64,000 bases of DNA from positions 1,745 to 65,744 of IMG/VR virus record IMGVR_UViG_3300005046_000005; one strand, written 5' to 3'. The notes below the pieces were generated by a model. That model was not told the origin of the DNA. It worked only from the letters and a program-made list of their open reading frames with translations, and made no database searches. The stretch is from a virus. Lineage: Duplodnaviria > Caudoviricetes. Shown piece by piece: positions 55,695 through 64,000 of this stretch (position 1 is its first letter; every line of letters begins with the position of its first letter). The translations under genes and the position numbers were made by a program.

Positions 55695-57140
55695 TTAAGC
55701 CTTGTTATCCAAGTTCTTTGCGGATGAATCCGTACCATCACCTTGTTTGGTTGCTGTACCTTCAAACGGTGTTGCCATGCCATCACCTGATCGGCTAGTG
55801 CTTGCTGTCAAAATATCATCCAGACTTACACCTTCTTCCAAAGCTTCAAGGCCAAGGACATCAAGTACCTTGTTGACAACTTCTGGTGTACGTGGTAGGA
55901 AGCCGATTGAACCAACACGTTGTAAGAACTTAGACACTTCTTCAAGACTAACTGCTTCTAAATCTTCAACTGCAAGAGAAGGAAGGCGAGTCATATCCCA
56001 ACCATTCAGGCGCGCCATAAGCGGAACTAAATGCTGGTTCATAACGTTGCAGATCTCTTTCAACTTAGACTCAACTGCCATTGCTGCCAGTGTGCCTTTA
56101 ATCGTACCTAGGGCGTAGCTGCCTGATGTTCCCTGACCCATTAAGAGAATGTCTGCGCTGAGAGCTGTTAGCATCGCGTTACAGTAATATTCTTTAATGC
56201 TCTTGGTATCGTAAGCTTTACCACCATCATTCTTAAGAAGCTCGAATTTGAAGGCTTGCTGCTTGGTATCTTGGTCATACATCAACGGAAGAACCATACC
56301 CGCTTGCTGGTTGTTGTGAGTATTGCGGACAATGTTTTGCCACATTAAATACTGAGCTTTTACAGCTGGTTCAGCATCATCTGCCATCACTTGCGGAGGA
56401 ATCCATGCGATAGGCACACCAGACAAGTCACGCTGCATACCAACCGATTCAAGTTCTTCAACTGACGTTTTGTATTTCCAAGAGTAGTAGCAGCCTTTAA
56501 GCGGGCTTTCACCGATTGGACTGTCTTTCTTTTTACCAAGACGGAAAAGAAGGAACTTCTCCCGTGGTAAAGTGATCTTGTTGCCTCTTGAAGTTAGAAG
56601 GACACGCCCTGACTTCCCAACTTTAGCAACTGTCTGCGTTACGCCTACAAGCTTCTGGTTATCGTCATAGTTCCATTCTGAGATGCTGTCTTGTGAACGG
56701 ATCGGCAGTTTGTGAATACCAATTTTACCGTCATTGTATTTTGAGCCTTTAGACTGCAAACGCTTACGAAGGACAATTTCATTGACACAGAACCCGTAGG
56801 TGTTCATGCTTGACACTTCTTGAATGAAGTCCTGCCATGAATGTTCCATGTCGTCTAGGCACTCTTGCAGGAACTCTGCATACTTTGCCTGCGTTTCGTT
56901 AGCTAACGGGTGAGCTTTGAAGTTGAAGCGAGTCTTCAGCATCATGTGTTCGTAGTAGCTTAAAGCTGCCGCGATAACGCTGTCGTAAGACATTTGCTTA
57001 TAAGTGACAATACTCATTGGGAATTGAAGCTCTCGCTTCATTTCTTCATGGATAATGCCTGCACTGATCTTCAAGCCATTATACCCCATTTCACTTAACT
57101 GGAAGCGGGGCATTTCAGCTGAGTTCGCTGTTGTATTCAT
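55695..57140 (-). CDS. Portal protein (DUF935-like)
   Basis: GESPLKGCYYSWKYK; position after terL. Confidence 0.85.
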   Translation of the reverse strand: MNTTANSAEMPRFQLSEMGYNGLKISAGIIHEEMKRELQFPMSIVTYKQMSYDSVIAAALSYYEHMMLKTRFNFKAHPLANETQAKYAEFLQECLDDMEHSWQDFIQEVSSMNTYGFCVNEIVLRKRLQSKGSKYNDGKIGIHKLPIRSQDSISEWNYDDNQKLVGVTQTVAKVGKSGRVLLTSRGNKITLPREKFLLFRLGKKKDSPIGESPLKGCYYSWKYKTSVEELESVGMQRDLSGVPIAWIPPQVMADDAEPAVKAQYLMWQNIVRNTHNNQQAGMVLPLMYDQDTKQQAFKFELLKNDGGKAYDTKSIKEYYCNAMLTALSADILLMGQGTSGSYALGTIKGTLAAMAVESKLKEICNVMNQHLVPLMARLNGWDMTRLPSLAVEDLEAVSLEEVSKFLQRVGSIGFLPRTPEVVNKVLDVLGLEALEEGVSLDDILTASTSRSGDGMATPFEGTATKQGDGTDSSAKNLDNKA

Positions 57141-57156
57141 AAAAATCTATTACCTG

Positions 57157-58575
57157 TTAATCTCTTGCGAATGGGTTTTCTTGCGTATATGACGCGATTG
57201 TAAAGAGAGGAATTGCCAAAGACACTCGCAGGTAGTTGAAGGCGTCAGAGGTTGCGTCCACCTGATCGTCCTTGTTCTTTCTGCTGCCGTCGAAGATCTC
57301 AAGTTCATTGAAATAAGCTTTGTTCCATTCACCTTCTACATAACGCACATGGCCTGCTTCTGAGATCGCTGCAAATGCTCCAAAGCGCGTCACCTTGTCA
57401 GTTTTAGGCTTGACTAAGCGTACCTTAAAGCCATGCTCCGCTAACTTAGCCTGTAGGCTTCTAGCGTAGCTTGAGGCGCTTGCTCCAACGTCTTCTGGAA
57501 TGATGATTGTGGTATTGAAACCATCTTCATACGCTTGTTCGATGATCTTCTGCTCTACACCCATAAAGCGATCTCGGAATCGAGTCACATGTTCAATGGT
57601 GTAGATTTTGTCCTTGTCTTTTGACATGAGAACGCCAGCTGTCCAGTCAGGGTTTTTGTATGTTTCTGAAGGAATACTGCTTGCCAAGTCCCAAGCTCTT
57701 GTTCTAGCTACAGCACGGCCATTTAGATAGACCACACCTTGCAGCCAGCTTTGCTTGAAATAGCCTGACTTTTCTTCTTTCGCTGTCCATGAACCATACA
57801 GAAGACGGTCACGTTCTACGCGGGATTGGTTCTTTAACTGTGTGATGTACGAAGGAGGAATGAATGGGTTGTCAAGGCAGGTGCTTCCGATAACCATCAT
57901 AGACATCACGCCGTTATCTTCTGCTGTACCGTGAACTGCTTCCGCTTCTTCTTTCGTTTCGTACCAGATCATGTTGCCAGCTTCATCTTTCGAGAAGTAG
58001 CGGATATTGCCGCGCTTCGCTGGATCTGGAATACCTGTCTCTGGATCTAACCAACCCCAAACCCAATCTTTTAAGAAGGACTCGTTGTGAGGGTTAGTCG
58101 CCATACAGACGGTGCATTTATGCTTTACCTTAGTGTTACGGTTACGACCAATAAGGTAGGTAATCATTTCTTCAGTAAATTCTGTTGCTTCGTCGAACCC
58201 GATGAAGTCTGCTTGCAAACCTTTAAACTTTTCCTTCGCAGCTTCGTTTTCATAGTGTGAGAACTTCAGTGAAGCTCCGTTAGAAAAGATCAGCTTTTTG
58301 TCCCGAAGGCGGACTTTTAATTTCTTGTCAATCTTTGAGTAAAGCGCAATAGCTTCTTCCCATAGACCACCTTGAGTCTCGATCTGAGTTAAGGTTCTAC
58401 GGAAGATAATTCCACGGGTTTCTGGGTCGTCAATAAACCGCAAGAAACGTAAAAGGATTGAGTATGATTTACTGCTCCCTGCCGAACCACTTGCGATAGT
58501 AATATCTGCATCTGAGTGAATAAACAACTCTTGTGGTACGCTGGCAGGGGCAATAATCTCAGGTGTTCTAGTCAT
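57157..58575 (-). CDS. terL: Terminase large subunit
   Basis: SGSAGSSKS, FDEATEF, NPH, AWDLA and DDQVDATS. Confidence 0.92.
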   Translation of the reverse strand: MTRTPEIIAPASVPQELFIHSDADITIASGSAGSSKSYSILLRFLRFIDDPETRGIIFRRTLTQIETQGGLWEEAIALYSKIDKKLKVRLRDKKLIFSNGASLKFSHYENEAAKEKFKGLQADFIGFDEATEFTEEMITYLIGRNRNTKVKHKCTVCMATNPHNESFLKDWVWGWLDPETGIPDPAKRGNIRYFSKDEAGNMIWYETKEEAEAVHGTAEDNGVMSMMVIGSTCLDNPFIPPSYITQLKNQSRVERDRLLYGSWTAKEEKSGYFKQSWLQGVVYLNGRAVARTRAWDLASSIPSETYKNPDWTAGVLMSKDKDKIYTIEHVTRFRDRFMGVEQKIIEQAYEDGFNTTIIIPEDVGASASSYARSLQAKLAEHGFKVRLVKPKTDKVTRFGAFAAISEAGHVRYVEGEWNKAYFNELEIFDGSRKNKDDQVDATSDAFNYLRVSLAIPLFTIASYTQENPFARD

Positions 58576-58587
58576 TACCCCTCCTAG

Positions 58588-58938
58588 TTATTTGACTACA
58601 CGCAATGACACGATTGGTGCAGGTTCAAGTTCATCCCGATCTACGTCATCATCATTGTTTCTAGTGTTTTCTGGTTTATAAACTTCATTCATAAGGATTT
58701 CATATTCTTTAAGAATGAAGGCGATTGCTTTCATTTTTGTAGCTTCTGAGGTTGAGTCTGCATCCAGCAGATTCTCAAGCTTGAGCATGGCCTTCTTAGT
58801 AAGAGGCTTCAGCCGTCTTAAGATCTGCTTAAATTCTGCATCCCTCAGCTGCACACCAGAAACAGACTTGGGATTAACCAGTCTGTCTGCTGTAGGTCTA
58901 CCATCTGGATTACCAGACTGGCCTTTTGGGAATGGCAT
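58588..58938 (-). CDS. terS: Terminase small subunit
   Basis: FPKGQSGNP.GRP (DUF5681) N-terminus, immediately upstream of terL. Confidence 0.75.
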   Translation of the reverse strand: MPFPKGQSGNPDGRPTADRLVNPKSVSGVQLRDAEFKQILRRLKPLTKKAMLKLENLLDADSTSEATKMKAIAFILKEYEILMNEVYKPENTRNNDDDVDRDELEPAPIVSLRVVK

Positions 58939-59279
58939 TAAGCAACCCCCTCATCCACGTACAGCTGGAGTTCCGCTAAAGCCGCTTTCCAGTTGGTCTG
59001 CGTATCACCATCAAGAACAAGGCGTTCGTAAAGGTCTGCCAGATATGGCTGCAATTCAGCTGGTACAATCTGCTGACGTAAATCTGGATCACTAAAGGCA
59101 GCATAGTCTTCTGGTTTCCAAAACGCATGACAACCGTAGAAGCTGTTGCCGTTGGCGTCTTTTAGTAAGACACTTAAGTTGTTATCCCCGCAGCCATACA
59201 AAGCTGCAATCTGATTGATTTTTGGCGTTGCAGCTTCAGAGGCAATGTTTACAACTGATAAATTGAATGAACTAGACAC
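58938..59279 (-). CDS. Hypothetical protein, probable partner of the upstream fibre-like protein
   Basis: Overlap-coupled ORF. Confidence 0.6.
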   Translation of the reverse strand: MSSSFNLSVVNIASEAATPKINQIAALYGCGDNNLSVLLKDANGNSFYGCHAFWKPEDYAAFSDPDLRQQIVPAELQPYLADLYERLVLDGDTQTNWKAALAELQLYVDEGVA

Positions 59280-62200
59280 TTAAGGTTACTCCCGTGTTTT
59301 TAGCTATAAGTTTTTCAAAGGCTAAGGTATCTGGATCACTGATCAGCTTACCTACACAGACCAAGTTATAAAGTTGACCTGAGAACGATAAACCTGTCCC
59401 TGCGCGTCTTCCGATGTACAGTGGATATTTGCCAAATGAACCTGTCCCTTGATCAAGGGTTGATGAAGATGCACTGGTTGCGTTTACACGCAGTCTAACG
59501 CTGTCGTTTGGGATATCATCTGCTGCACTCATAACAAAGCTTGTTGGTGACGCTAAGCTTGTGTTCGTTGCCGATGCGTTTGACGTCCCTCTGAACAGTG
59601 CTGCAACAGCTGGTGATGCTGCTACGTTTGGCGCTGCCAAGTAGAATGCACCTTTGGAAGTGTTAGCGTTTGTGCTAAGTTCTGCAACAATACCTACAGT
59701 GGCGTCAGATAGCTTTCGAATACCTGCAAAGAGGCTCAGCTTATCCGTTGCTGTCAGATCAATATCACCAGTCTGTAAGAAGTCGTCGATACCATCAAAC
59801 TTCAAATACCAGCAGTCAGGTTGACCAGCTTCAGTCACATCAAGAGCCGTTACCGTTTTCTGGTATGTAGTGGCTGTTAAGCCTACTTCCTGCTGAGGCT
59901 GCCAGATATGGATTGACGCCTGATCTGCTGTTGCAAATGTCCCGCGTAAACTAAGACACATAACTGCGGATGTTGAAGTCGAACTGGCGATCTTGATGGT
60001 GAACTTTTGCCATGTACCTGTGACGGTCAAGATACTTGATGTACCGCTGTCTGGTGTTGCACCGTTAAAGTCCATGCGGAACTGTTTAGTTGAACTGTCT
60101 GAAGTTCGAAGCCAAATAGTTGCTGTGTAACTTGAACCTACGCTTGTTGGGTTTGAAGCTGGCGGGATGAAGAACAGGTTGCTGCTGTCGCCGATAGCTG
60201 TTCCAGCACCTTTGTCAAAAGTAGCTAGTGTAGCTGTACTCGTACCATCTGGAGCTAAAACTCCGTAAGTAAGAACTGGCGTTGTCCCTGTACCTACAGC
60301 TGTCCCTTGCCATTTTGTAGGATCTTCAGAGTACGGTAGAAGGTTTCTTATACCGATGAAAGGGTGCCGGCCTAGTGTTGGGCGGGAAGCTGAAATAGCC
60401 TGACTTGCGTGGTTTCCTGCAAGCTCTTTAGCAGAAGCTGCTGTAATAGTTGCTGAACATACGAAACCAACACCTGAGTTGCGGAGATAGTAGTTACCTC
60501 TCCCTGAAGCGATTGTAGTATATGTCCCAGCTTGTGTAATTGGAAGGGCTTTCCCCGCCGCGCCATTTTCTAATGAAAGTGTCCCAGTTATTGCTGAAAT
60601 GGTGATCGAGAATAGGTAAAACTTCTTAGGATCTAGTGTACCTGACTCACAACTAAGAATACCATTACCATTAGCCGAGAATACAAGTGAGCTTCCATTT
60701 GAGGTCACTGTTCCATTACCAGTTTGCCCTGCTGTAATCCAGCCAGTCATACTTGACACTGGAGATAGCTTTTCAGAACTTAGAGCCAAACCTTTCGATT
60801 TATCTAAGAGCAACCCAACTGGCTGTCCAGCTGCTGCTGGAATTGTCCCTGCTGAATCTTGGTACATTGAAGATAAATCGCTTGGTTCAAATGAAAACCC
60901 ATTCGCGTCTGCAAAAGACTTGTAATTTAAACTGTCTAAGCTTGCTGCTCCAGCTCGTCGATCAAGGTTATCAACTAGCTCAACTTTTTCACGAACAGTC
61001 AAATCCCGATCAATAACAACCAGTCCTGCATGTGATGTATTGTCTACATAGTTTGCTGGGATTGTTTGGTTGAATGAAATCTTTGTCCCTAGGTTTGGAA
61101 TAGCTCGGAAAACTGTACAACCAGTCAGTTGACTTGGCAAGGTTGTCGTCAAGTTGTCATCAATACCGTCAAAGATGATCTTCCCGTTCTGGTAAAGAGG
61201 CCGCTGTGCAGATGTAGATTGGTAAGCGTGAACACCATTTAGCTTCTTAACACTTAGTTCAGAAACTGTCAGTGTTCCTGTTTGTGTCCCATCTGCTAAG
61301 ACGTTGATAACAGGTGCTGTTGCAATCTGGATGCCACTAAACACACCAGTAAGCGGATCATAGTTCAACTGGTTGACTCCGCCAGATGTTGCAAGGCGCA
61401 GGCCATTGACTTTACCGTTTCCTGTAATCTTCCCTTGTACAAGGTAATGCTCACCTGTCACAAGGCCAAGGTTTACGCTTAAGCGTGGATACCCGTTGAC
61501 AGTACCAGCGGTTGTAATTGTAACTGAACGTGTTGCTGCGTTATGCGTATAAACAGCTCCACCTGTACCCGCTTCAATAGTTGAAGGTTGGTTGGCAAAG
61601 AGTTCAGCACCAAGAGAAAGGCCACGGCTTTTATCAAGCATTAAACCTACAGGTTGACTTGAACCTGAAAGCGGAAATGCTCCCGATGAATCTTGATAAA
61701 GAGTAAGGGCTGGATATTCTAAAGGGATTGTTCGGAAAGGTTGATATTCTGAAACTGCGCTTGCCTTCTCAAGCTGGAAGCCTGAAACAACAATCGGTTT
61801 TACCGAGTTGCCTACATATTTCTTTACACCAAAATTAGTCGTTGCAGCTGCCCCAACAGGTACAATACCTATAGCACGGTAGAGACCATTTCCCATGGAA
61901 ATTAGGGAAGTATTTGCGCTTGTAATCACAGTTCCCTTAGCTACAAGGCAAAAGTCCGTTGTTGCAGAACTGCTTGAATCTCCAAGGACAGGGACTGTTC
62001 CATCAAGTGTCCGTACAAAACATGAGAACACATAGGGACTGTCAGCTGCAAAACTAATTTCTTTGTAAACAACAGTTCCAACAGCATTGTTGTCTATACG
62101 AATACCCGTACCTTCATTTAATCCCGCGAAGGTAGTGGCAGAGATTGTTCCAAATCTTGTGTTTACATCTGAAATGCCATTGCGGAACTCGGTTTCAGTT

Positions 62201-62391
62201 AGAAGATTTCTGCGCAAGGCCACTTTAGCTACAGTAGAGTCTAAAGGATCGTATGCAAAGCCTTTTTCATTATTTGCATACAGTTTTTTAAGCAGCTGGC
62301 TAAGGCTGCGGTCTTTTGATCCTAAGACATTTGCACTGAGAGTGCTTAGGTTAAAACCACCGATATTGACAACTTTAGATGATTGCAGCAT
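59272..62391 (-). CDS. 1039-aa repeat-containing virion fibre/spike-like protein with LamG/CBM-like domains
   Basis: Two copies of YQDS.G...QPVGL.LDKS.GL and FDGIDD.L; Ser/Thr/Gly-rich. Confidence 0.65.
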   Translation of the reverse strand: MLQSSKVVNIGGFNLSTLSANVLGSKDRSLSQLLKKLYANNEKGFAYDPLDSTVAKVALRRNLLTETEFRNGISDVNTRFGTISATTFAGLNEGTGIRIDNNAVGTVVYKEISFAADSPYVFSCFVRTLDGTVPVLGDSSSSATTDFCLVAKGTVITSANTSLISMGNGLYRAIGIVPVGAAATTNFGVKKYVGNSVKPIVVSGFQLEKASAVSEYQPFRTIPLEYPALTLYQDSSGAFPLSGSSQPVGLMLDKSRGLSLGAELFANQPSTIEAGTGGAVYTHNAATRSVTITTAGTVNGYPRLSVNLGLVTGEHYLVQGKITGNGKVNGLRLATSGGVNQLNYDPLTGVFSGIQIATAPVINVLADGTQTGTLTVSELSVKKLNGVHAYQSTSAQRPLYQNGKIIFDGIDDNLTTTLPSQLTGCTVFRAIPNLGTKISFNQTIPANYVDNTSHAGLVVIDRDLTVREKVELVDNLDRRAGAASLDSLNYKSFADANGFSFEPSDLSSMYQDSAGTIPAAAGQPVGLLLDKSKGLALSSEKLSPVSSMTGWITAGQTGNGTVTSNGSSLVFSANGNGILSCESGTLDPKKFYLFSITISAITGTLSLENGAAGKALPITQAGTYTTIASGRGNYYLRNSGVGFVCSATITAASAKELAGNHASQAISASRPTLGRHPFIGIRNLLPYSEDPTKWQGTAVGTGTTPVLTYGVLAPDGTSTATLATFDKGAGTAIGDSSNLFFIPPASNPTSVGSSYTATIWLRTSDSSTKQFRMDFNGATPDSGTSSILTVTGTWQKFTIKIASSTSTSAVMCLSLRGTFATADQASIHIWQPQQEVGLTATTYQKTVTALDVTEAGQPDCWYLKFDGIDDFLQTGDIDLTATDKLSLFAGIRKLSDATVGIVAELSTNANTSKGAFYLAAPNVAASPAVAALFRGTSNASATNTSLASPTSFVMSAADDIPNDSVRLRVNATSASSSTLDQGTGSFGKYPLYIGRRAGTGLSFSGQLYNLVCVGKLISDPDTLAFEKLIAKNTGVTLSV

Positions 62392-62421
62392 AGCCCCTCC
62401 GTTTAATTAAATAGTTCATGA

Positions 62422-62670
62422 TTATTCTTCTTCCAATACAACCAGTTCAATCGGGTCTTCTGTAGGCGACCAAGCCCATAGAGCAAAGCCAGCTGTGACC
62501 GAAAGATCACCATGAAGAATCTGGCAATAAGGTGTAGTGCTGGTGTTTGGAGCTGTAGGGGATAATGTGAAACGAGTAAAACGTCCACGAATTTCTTGAA
62601 TGTAAGCGGATTTAAGGCCACTTAAAATTTTGACTGGTGTTGGTGTTAATGTGTATTTTATTGAAGCCAT
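62422..62670 (-). CDS. Small hypothetical protein
   Basis: ORF with RBS. Confidence 0.6.
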   Translation of the reverse strand: MASIKYTLTPTPVKILSGLKSAYIQEIRGRFTRFTLSPTAPNTSTTPYCQILHGDLSVTAGFALWAWSPTEDPIELVVLEEE

Positions 62671-62687
62671 TTAAATTACCGTTTCGG

Positions 62688-62915
62688 TTAGTAAGGTGGA
62701 TTTCTGGAAGGGGTTACATTTCCGAAGTAAAGTCGCTGGGCTACAAATTCCTCTAACTGATAGGTTTTCATATCGTAGTCGTCAGTATTGCGCAGATCTT
62801 TGTTCACTTCGTTTCTGCAGGTGTTGCAGAAAGTTTCTTCGATCTTCGTGCCATCGGGGAGAGTTCTGTATCCTGTAGTTCTAACAAGGATTCTGTTGCA
62901 GCAAGCACATCTCAT
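62688..62915 (-). CDS. Small Zn-ribbon protein
   Basis: CACC...CNTC. Confidence 0.6.
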   Translation of the reverse strand: MRCACCNRILVRTTGYRTLPDGTKIEETFCNTCRNEVNKDLRNTDDYDMKTYQLEEFVAQRLYFGNVTPSRNPPY

Positions 62916-62929
62916 AAAATACCTGAATG

Positions 62930-63019
62930 TGGTACTTCCGACAGGGATCGAACCTGAATCAAGCCGTTATCTACGGTAAGCGGTTATAAATCGCCTTGCT
63001 TTCCATAAGCTACGGAAGT
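62930..63019 (-). tRNA. tRNA-Ile(UAU)-like with a long variable arm and encoded CCA
   Basis: Acceptor stem ACTTCCG/CGGAAGT, then A-CCA; D stem GCT/AGC; anticodon loop TT-TAT-AA; variable stem CCGT/ACGG; T loop GGTTCGATCCC. Confidence 0.85.
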
Positions 63020-63062
63020 AGGTTAAGTTGAATGAAGCTTGCATTGCACAAGCAGATTATAA

Positions 63063-63182
63063 TGTTGACTAGGTGCGTACAAATAGCTTCCTATGACTCG
63101 TGTCGATTTAGGCCGAAGGCTCTATTACAGGCTTGCGGGTCACTACCGCTGATTACCATGTTGTCGCATGGATTTAGTCAAC
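63063..63182 (-). ncRNA. Candidate ~125-nt structured RNA closed by an 8-bp stem
   Basis: GTTGACTA/TAGTCAAC terminal stem; internal stems CCATG/CATGG, GCGG/CCGC and CCTGT/ATAGG. Confidence 0.5.
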
Positions 63183-63289
63183 AAAGAGGGGAAATTTTAG
63201 ATAAAAAAAATTTACTAAGTCTAAGAACGTTATTGGAATGTTTTCTGAATCCCCGTTGCTAGACTTAGTAAATTTAAATTTTAAAGGGC

Positions 63290-64000
63290 TGAGATTAAAC
63301 CCTTTATTAACCGTCTTGAGAGGATTATTGCTTCCCTCCTTATCCACAAGCTTTTAACTTGTCTCGGTCAGTGCTAGTCAGTTGAGCTAACCACCCTATA
63401 ACATTAAAACTACTCTCCTACTAATCACTCTGCGCTAGTATGCCTACCAAACACAAAACTTTCATAGAAATATCTAAAACCTTTCGAGCCTTAGATGCAG
63501 CTGACAACCAGCTACTATGTAAGCACTTTTCATTTTAATGTGCGAAACACTTTTGAAAAAGATTACCTTTAATCGAAAGTTAGTTTAATTGGTTATACCT
63601 AGTGGTTTCGCTGTAGTTAACAAACCTTTTGAGTCCATCAATCCTACACTAGATATTGTGCTTTATCATGCACGTTGTTTTAAGCTTGCACCGCAGATGT
63701 TGGTACATCTAGCATCTAGGCTCAGCACCACCTGATTACCTAACTTGCATCTTTTAACAATACAGTAAAGCGTTCCTGTTTGACGACAAGCTTCGCTCTA
63801 AAGCTACAAGTTCTCTTATTGTCTCTCGACTCAAAAGCATTACGCCTTCAACCTCTACCGCACCGATTAGCTCTGGCTTCAGTTGATACCTTGTTTGCAT
63901 ACTCAATAGCGCAGGCATTGCACCTGAACTACGCCCCAGATACCATCTGGAACTTTATCCTGTTTTGCAGTTTATCTAAGACTATATGCAGCCTATTAAA
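63290..64000 (-). ncRNA. GOLLD-like large structured RNA candidate (5' end probably outside the window)
   Basis: No ORF >=60 aa; long-range helices 63828-63837/63626-63635 and 63712-63718/63492-63498; several hairpins; adjacent to a tRNA; short motifs recalled from GOLLD occur in order. Confidence 0.6.

Noticed and set aside
883-62915. Alternative genetic code, or a temperate lifestyle
   Set aside because: Core genes are full length in the standard code apart from two local frame breaks; no integrase, repressor or partition genes are recognisable in the window.
63340-63396. Second tRNA beginning GGGTGGTTAGCTCAAC
   Set aside because: No anticodon arm, T loop or matching acceptor 3' strand; better read as part of the large structured RNA.

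Overview
Most of the genome of a tailed, apparently lytic dsDNA phage with siphovirus-type morphogenesis genes. No integrase or phage RNA polymerase is visible. The host is probably a gammaproteobacterium: the GH19 endolysin and the CRAWVNFNG tail-fibre motif suggest Moraxellaceae/Acinetobacter, but this is inference only. Layout: (1) 883-19595, minus strand, accessory genes from sigma70-like promoters, including a class II nucleotidyltransferase, Rnl2 RNA ligase, a Prs-like + NAMPT-like pair (NARP1-type NAD+ reconstitution), a TerC-vWA-TerD-coiled-coil-TelA cluster, ThyX and a SleB hydrolase. (2) An extremely AT-rich palindromic switch region at about 19.6-19.9 kb. (3) 19991-37851, plus strand, replication and nucleotide genes: primase-helicase, family A polymerase carrying an intein, SSB, exonucleases, Endo VII, RNR, glutaredoxin, Dam-like methylase and a phosphatase. 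(4) 37930-62915, minus strand, lysis, tail, head and packaging genes. (5) At the right end, a long-arm tRNA with a UAU anticodon, a ~125-nt closed structured element and a >700-nt GOLLD-like RNA candidate; at the left end, a second ORF-free multi-helix RNA candidate (<1-406) with its own promoter. The ORF track misses the -1 frameshifted tail chaperone extension. The tape measure and holin genes each show a frame disruption. Family assignments come from recognising motifs by eye; no database search was run.
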